Origin: Nostoc sp. DedSLP01
GTDB taxonomy: Bacteria > Cyanobacteriota > Cyanobacteriia > Cyanobacteriales > Nostocaceae
Direction of reading: 5' to 3'
NCBI GenBank assembly: GCA_034530875.2
Contig: JAVRCJ020000012.1
Coordinates: forward strand, 96,001 to 160,000
DNA length: 64,000 bases
Below, piece by piece: positions 60,301-64,000 of this stretch (positions within the stretch are counted from its first letter, which is position 1; each line of letters starts with the position of its first letter). A program made the translations under genes and the position numbers. Under the pieces are notes generated by a model. It had not been told where the DNA came from. It was given only the letters and a program-made list of their open reading frames with translations, and ran no database searches.

Positions 60301-63300
60301 TTCTCTGATTCCTCTATTAATGATTAATCTATCCTTGAGTTATGGTAATGCCGAAAGCTCTGGTTTTGCCTACTGTTTGTATGGAATGAGTCTAGCAAAC
60401 CAAGGAGATTATCAAACTGCATATCAGTTTGGTAAGTTAGCAATGAAACTCGATCGCCACTTCAATAGCACTCAATTTATTCCCAAGACTAATAATATTT
60501 TTGCACACACAGTTAATCCATATAACCAACATCTAAAAACTAATTTACCGATATCTGGTCAATCATTCCAAGTAGCTCAAGAAACTGGTAATTTGGTGTT
60601 TGGTGTTTGGGCTGTTTCATTTTATATTTGGGCGATGTTAATTAAAGGCGATCGCCTATCAGATGTATATACCGAAACTGAGAAATATCTCAGTTACGTC
60701 CAACAAGTTAATGATGCCAATATGCTGTATGCATTTAGTTTACAGCGGCAGTTTTTACTGAGCTTACAAGGCATCTCTAAAAATACCGATTTCTTAGATA
60801 ATCACAATGACCGAGATATTCCTTATATAGAAGTTTGGAGACAAAAGCATAACTTTGAACATGGAATTAATTGGTACTGTTTTCTGAAAATCCAATTATC
60901 CTACCTTTATGGCCGCTATACCGATGCACTGGATGCGGCACAAGAAGCTCAAGAAACTCTCCCTGCTAATTCTGGTTTCTTCCCAATTATTCAATATCAT
61001 TTCTATTATCCACTCGCTTTAGCAGCAGTTTATCCCAATGCGACATCAAATGAGAAAAAGCAGTATTGGGAAATTATGCAACAACAACAACAAATTCAGA
61101 AAAATTGGGCGCATAATTGCCCAAAAAACTTTCTGCATAGATATCTTTTATTATCTGCGGAAATGGCCAGAATTTCTGGCAAGTATATGAACGCAATTGA
61201 ATTATACGATTGCGCCATTGCCAAAGCTAAGAAAAACGAATACATCAACGAAGAAGCACTTGCTAACGAACTGGCAGCTAAGTTTTATTTAGAGTGGGGT
61301 AAAGAACGTATTGCCCAAGAGTATTTGATTAACGCTTATTATTGCTACGCTCGTTGGGATGCTAAAGCTAAAATTGATGACTTAGAACAGCGCTATCCCC
61401 AATTGTTAGCTCCGATTTTACAACAAACGCGCTCGCCCTTCGTACCCAGTCAAACAATAACTCCGGCTGATAGCTTGGGCTTGACTACCTTGCATCCAAG
61501 CATGAGCCAATCAGCAACATCTAGCAGTAATGTCTCGCTCATGCTAGACATGACAAGCGTTCTCAAAGCTTCTCAGACTCTCTCAAGTGAAATTGAACTA
61601 GAAAAATTACTCAGTAAACTACTTAAAGTAGCAATAGAAAATGCCGGAGCAGATAAATGTGCGTTGTTACTGCTCAAAGAAGATAAGTTAGTTGTTGAGG
61701 CGACTGCTGAAGTCGGGCAGCAATCAACAGTTCTCCAATCCATTCCCCTTGAAGAAAGCACAGACGTACCTCGTAGCCTGATTTACGCCGTCAAACGCAA
61801 CCTCAAACCTACAGTCATTGTTGATATAGCTATGTATGCGACGCTAATTGCCGATCCTTATATTATGCGTCAGCAACCCAAAAGCTTACTCTGTATGCCA
61901 ATTTTGCACCAAACTAAACTATTGGGGATTTTGTATTTAGAGAACAATCTGGCTACCGGGGCGTTTACTAGCGATCGCGTGGAAATCTTGAATCTATTAT
62001 GTACTCAAGTTGCAATCTCCTTAGAAAATGCTCGACTGTATCAACAGGCACAAACTACTTTAAAAAACCTTGGGCAAACCGAAGAATTTTTACGGTTAAT
62101 TATTGATAATATTCCCCAGTGTGTTTTCTGGAAAGACCGCAATAGCCTTTATTTAGGCTGTAATCGCAACTTTGCCGAGGCTTCGGGTGTAAAAACCCCT
62201 GAAAATGTTGTCGGTAAAACTGACTACGAGCTTTCTTGGACTCGTGAAGAGTCGGATTGGTATGTAAAATGCGATCGCCGGGTAATGGAGTCCGGACAAG
62301 CTGAACTCAACATTATTGAAACATTACAGCAACCAGACGGAAAACAAATCTGGATAAATACAAGCAAAATTCCGCTACGAGATAAAGATGGAAATGTTTT
62401 TGGCATCCTGGGCACGAGTGAAGATATCACTGCACGCCAGGAAGCAGAACATTTACTACAACAGCAAAAACAACAATTAGAACAAGCATTCCAAGAACTC
62501 CAAAGGATACAATTGCAATTAGTACAAAGTGAAAAAATGTCTGCCTTGGGAAATTTGGTAGCAGGTGTAGCTCATGAAATTAACAATCCCATTGGCTTTA
62601 TAGCAGGTAACATTGAACCAGCTAAAGATTATGTCAAAGATTTGTTTGGGTTAATTAATCTTTACCAAGAAAAATTTCCTCGTCCCGGTTCAGAAATTGA
62701 AGACGAAATCCATGCGATGGATTTAAATTATTTACGCGAAGATTTGCCTAAATTGCTGGATTCGATGAAATTGGGTGTTAGCCGTATTCGCGGTATCAGC
62801 AACAGTCTGCGAACCTTCTCTAGAGCAGATCAAGATTACAAAGTGCCCTTTGATATTCATGAAGGTATTGATAGCACTATTTTGATTTTGAGGCATCGTT
62901 TAAAAGCTAACGAAAACCGTCCCGGGATTGAAATAATTAAAGATTACGGCCAATTACCTTTAGTGGAATGCTTTGCCGGACAGCTAAATCAAGTGTTTAT
63001 GAACTTGTTAGCAAATGCCATTGATGCGCTTGAAGAATACAATTCCGGGCGGAGTTTAGAAGAAATTCTCGCTAACCCCAATTACATTAAGATTCAAACT
63101 GATATCGACGAATCAGGTAATAATGTTTTCATTAAGATTGCTGATAATGGCGTGGGAATGTCACCGGAGGTTCAGCAAAAAGTATTCGACCATCTTTTTA
63201 CTACTAAACCAGTAGGCAAAGGTACTGGATTGGGATTAGCGATCGCTCGTCAAATTATAGTAGAAGGACATGGCGGTTCGCTCTCGTGTACTTCCGAATA

Positions 63301-63349
63301 CGGACGAGGTACAGAGTTTGTCATTAAAATTTCTACTCAACAAAGTTAG
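57389..63349 (+). CDS. Fused Ser/Thr kinase - AAA ATPase - GAF - PAS - histidine kinase (HstK-like)
   Basis: HKDIKPANI/DFS/SPEQTGR kinase, GFSGIGKT Walker A, IDDLQWAD Walker B, LYLENN GAF, VFWKD PAS, VAHEINNP H-box, GKGTGLGL. Confidence 0.95.
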   Translation: MNTAIEPIAKLLNYDITEELYTSFRTLVYRAIREDDRLPVIIKVLHQEYPTFSELLQFRNQYTIAKNLDLPSIVRPYSLEPYRNSYALVMEDFGGISLREWMKTAMEGNPDYLGFLDIAIALSEILDGLYRHRVIHKDIKPANILINPQTKEVKLIDFSIASLLPRESQEIQNPNVLEGTLVYLSPEQTGRMNRSIDYRSDYYSLGITFYELLTGQLPFESNDLMELVHCHIAKQPPILGSGQGGEIPQALCDIVMKLMAKNAEQRYQSALGLKHDLEVCRRQLIETGQIETFELGKRDICDRFIIPEKLYGRQAEVETLLDGFERVSQGNTEIMLVAGFSGIGKTAVVNEVHKPIVRQRGYFIKGKFDQFQRNIPFSAFVQAFRDLMTQLLSESDAQLEQWKSKVLKALGENGQVMIEVIPELESLIGKQPPAPELSASAAQNRFNLLFLKFTQVFAAPEHPLVIFIDDLQWADSASLKLMQLLMSEAEIGYLLLIGAYRDNEVNPAHPLLLTLDEIQKIGATVNTITLAALERLSVNHLVADTLSCSLELAAPLADLVLAKTKGNPFFCTQFLKALHQDRLITFNPSQSHASCYNGGDPRKALAPLGKGGSPGGWECDLVQVRSLALSDDVVEFMAIQLQKLPKQTQEVLKLAACVGNQFDLTTLAIVHEKSEVETAATFWKAVQDGLIIPINEVYKFYQEESEFKTQNSKTRIHNYANCSYKFLHDRVQQAAYSLIPESQKQATHLKIGQLLLKSTPIEAIEANIFDIVNQLNQGIDIIEEQSQRYELAELNLIAGKKAKASTAYKAAVKYFTLGRELLTADSWDTHYQLTFKLYREAGECEYLIGNFNQTEKLFEIALERSQDKFHQAEIYGIQMYLKMTQGENIEAGFTCGLKGLSIMGMDLPVTAQEQEAAIETQLKELKAKLLGIRPADLFDLPDMTDPIKKVCMSLLADLWAAAYMGGHQNLSSLIPLLMINLSLSYGNAESSGFAYCLYGMSLANQGDYQTAYQFGKLAMKLDRHFNSTQFIPKTNNIFAHTVNPYNQHLKTNLPISGQSFQVAQETGNLVFGVWAVSFYIWAMLIKGDRLSDVYTETEKYLSYVQQVNDANMLYAFSLQRQFLLSLQGISKNTDFLDNHNDRDIPYIEVWRQKHNFEHGINWYCFLKIQLSYLYGRYTDALDAAQEAQETLPANSGFFPIIQYHFYYPLALAAVYPNATSNEKKQYWEIMQQQQQIQKNWAHNCPKNFLHRYLLLSAEMARISGKYMNAIELYDCAIAKAKKNEYINEEALANELAAKFYLEWGKERIAQEYLINAYYCYARWDAKAKIDDLEQRYPQLLAPILQQTRSPFVPSQTITPADSLGLTTLHPSMSQSATSSSNVSLMLDMTSVLKASQTLSSEIELEKLLSKLLKVAIENAGADKCALLLLKEDKLVVEATAEVGQQSTVLQSIPLEESTDVPRSLIYAVKRNLKPTVIVDIAMYATLIADPYIMRQQPKSLLCMPILHQTKLLGILYLENNLATGAFTSDRVEILNLLCTQVAISLENARLYQQAQTTLKNLGQTEEFLRLIIDNIPQCVFWKDRNSLYLGCNRNFAEASGVKTPENVVGKTDYELSWTREESDWYVKCDRRVMESGQAELNIIETLQQPDGKQIWINTSKIPLRDKDGNVFGILGTSEDITARQEAEHLLQQQKQQLEQAFQELQRIQLQLVQSEKMSALGNLVAGVAHEINNPIGFIAGNIEPAKDYVKDLFGLINLYQEKFPRPGSEIEDEIHAMDLNYLREDLPKLLDSMKLGVSRIRGISNSLRTFSRADQDYKVPFDIHEGIDSTILILRHRLKANENRPGIEIIKDYGQLPLVECFAGQLNQVFMNLLANAIDALEEYNSGRSLEEILANPNYIKIQTDIDESGNNVFIKIADNGVGMSPEVQQKVFDHLFTTKPVGKGTGLGLAIARQIIVEGHGGSLSCTSEYGRGTEFVIKISTQQS

Positions 63350-63595
63350 AGCAGAATACACTGTTTATAAAACTCTATCCATCAAGCGAAAAGTTACAGT
63401 ACCGAAATTCCAAGATGGCTTTGCTATCGCTAGGTTACTAAACTTTTCAAGACACGGATAGAGTTTTAATTAGCAATAATATTCAAATTTATTTAGTCCA
63501 AAAAATTTAATTTTTAAAGTTACTATTAAATTGCATTTTTTAGTAATTATTTTAATTTATTAATTGTATTTTTTTAACTATAGTAAGGAGAGCCA

Positions 63596-64000
63596 ATGAG
63601 GATATTTAAATCATGGAAATATTGGTTGAAAAGAAACCAGAAAAAGTATGCAAAAACTGCTAAAGAATACTACTCGCGAAATCTATTATTAGTATCGCTT
63701 GTGTTAATACTCTCAATTAGTATTAGCGCTACCGCGATTACTAGTTACAAGTTTGTTAAAGGATTATTGCTCGACAGCCTCAAACAACAAGCACTGTTAA
63801 AAGCACAACAAGGTGAGGATGATATTGATAACTGGTTAGCCATTCGTAAGACAGAAATTAAGACTTTGGCTAATTCTGTTGTAGTGCGATCGCTAGATTG
63901 GTCATTGATGGAACCTTACTTGCAGTCGGAGTTGAAGCGCCTGCAAACTTTTTTGCTTATGGCGTTGGCTACACCAGATGCCACCTTAATGAATACTCAA
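63596..64000 (+). CDS. N-terminus of a membrane sensor (TM + Cache-like domain), truncated by the window edge
   Basis: SD AAGGAG; 135 open codons MRIFKSWKY...; one TM helix, then DIDNWLA.RK.EI.TLAN...RSLDW..MEPYL. Confidence 0.85.
   Translation, partial: MRIFKSWKYWLKRNQKKYAKTAKEYYSRNLLLVSLVLILSISISATAITSYKFVKGLLLDSLKQQALLKAQQGEDDIDNWLAIRKTEIKTLANSVVVRSLDWSLMEPYLQSELKRLQTFLLMALATPDATLMNTQ

Overview
Genomic window from a filamentous cyanobacterium, probably Nostocales. This rests on frequent HIP1 GCGATCGC octamers, STRR heptamer arrays, ccmP, a PEP-CTERM-like protein, bluetail and pentapeptide proteins, and a fused Ser/Thr-His kinase. Left to right it holds: (1) the upstream part of an uncharacterised fatty-acyl tailoring cluster on the minus strand (ACP, FAAL, acyl-CoA ligase, ICMT-type methyltransferase, atypical KAS III, AurF-like diiron enzyme), running off the left edge; (2) a 2 kb intergenic region packed with miniature repeat elements; (3) an RTX/bluetail gene and a three-gene phosphorelay; (4) a complete IS4-family element whose transposase needs a frameshift at A5G5; (5) a small accessory block (DUF416, aspartic-protease pair, short HhH-GPD glycosylase); (6) a nucleoside-type ABC operon split by a LuxR/SnoaL cassette; (7) a HIP1-poor island with an ECF sigma factor, three DUF2589-related genes, a zinc-ribbon gene and an ADP-ribosyltransferase-like ORF, ending in a reverse-transcriptase remnant; (8) housekeeping and surface genes (argD, ccmP, SLH-fasciclin-barrel, Mn-SOD, GH104, RTX, panE) and two sensor kinases. 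The DUF2589 island and the lipid cluster are the best candidates for undescribed systems. No rRNA, tRNA or CRISPR array was seen. All family calls come from reading motifs by eye, not from database searches.
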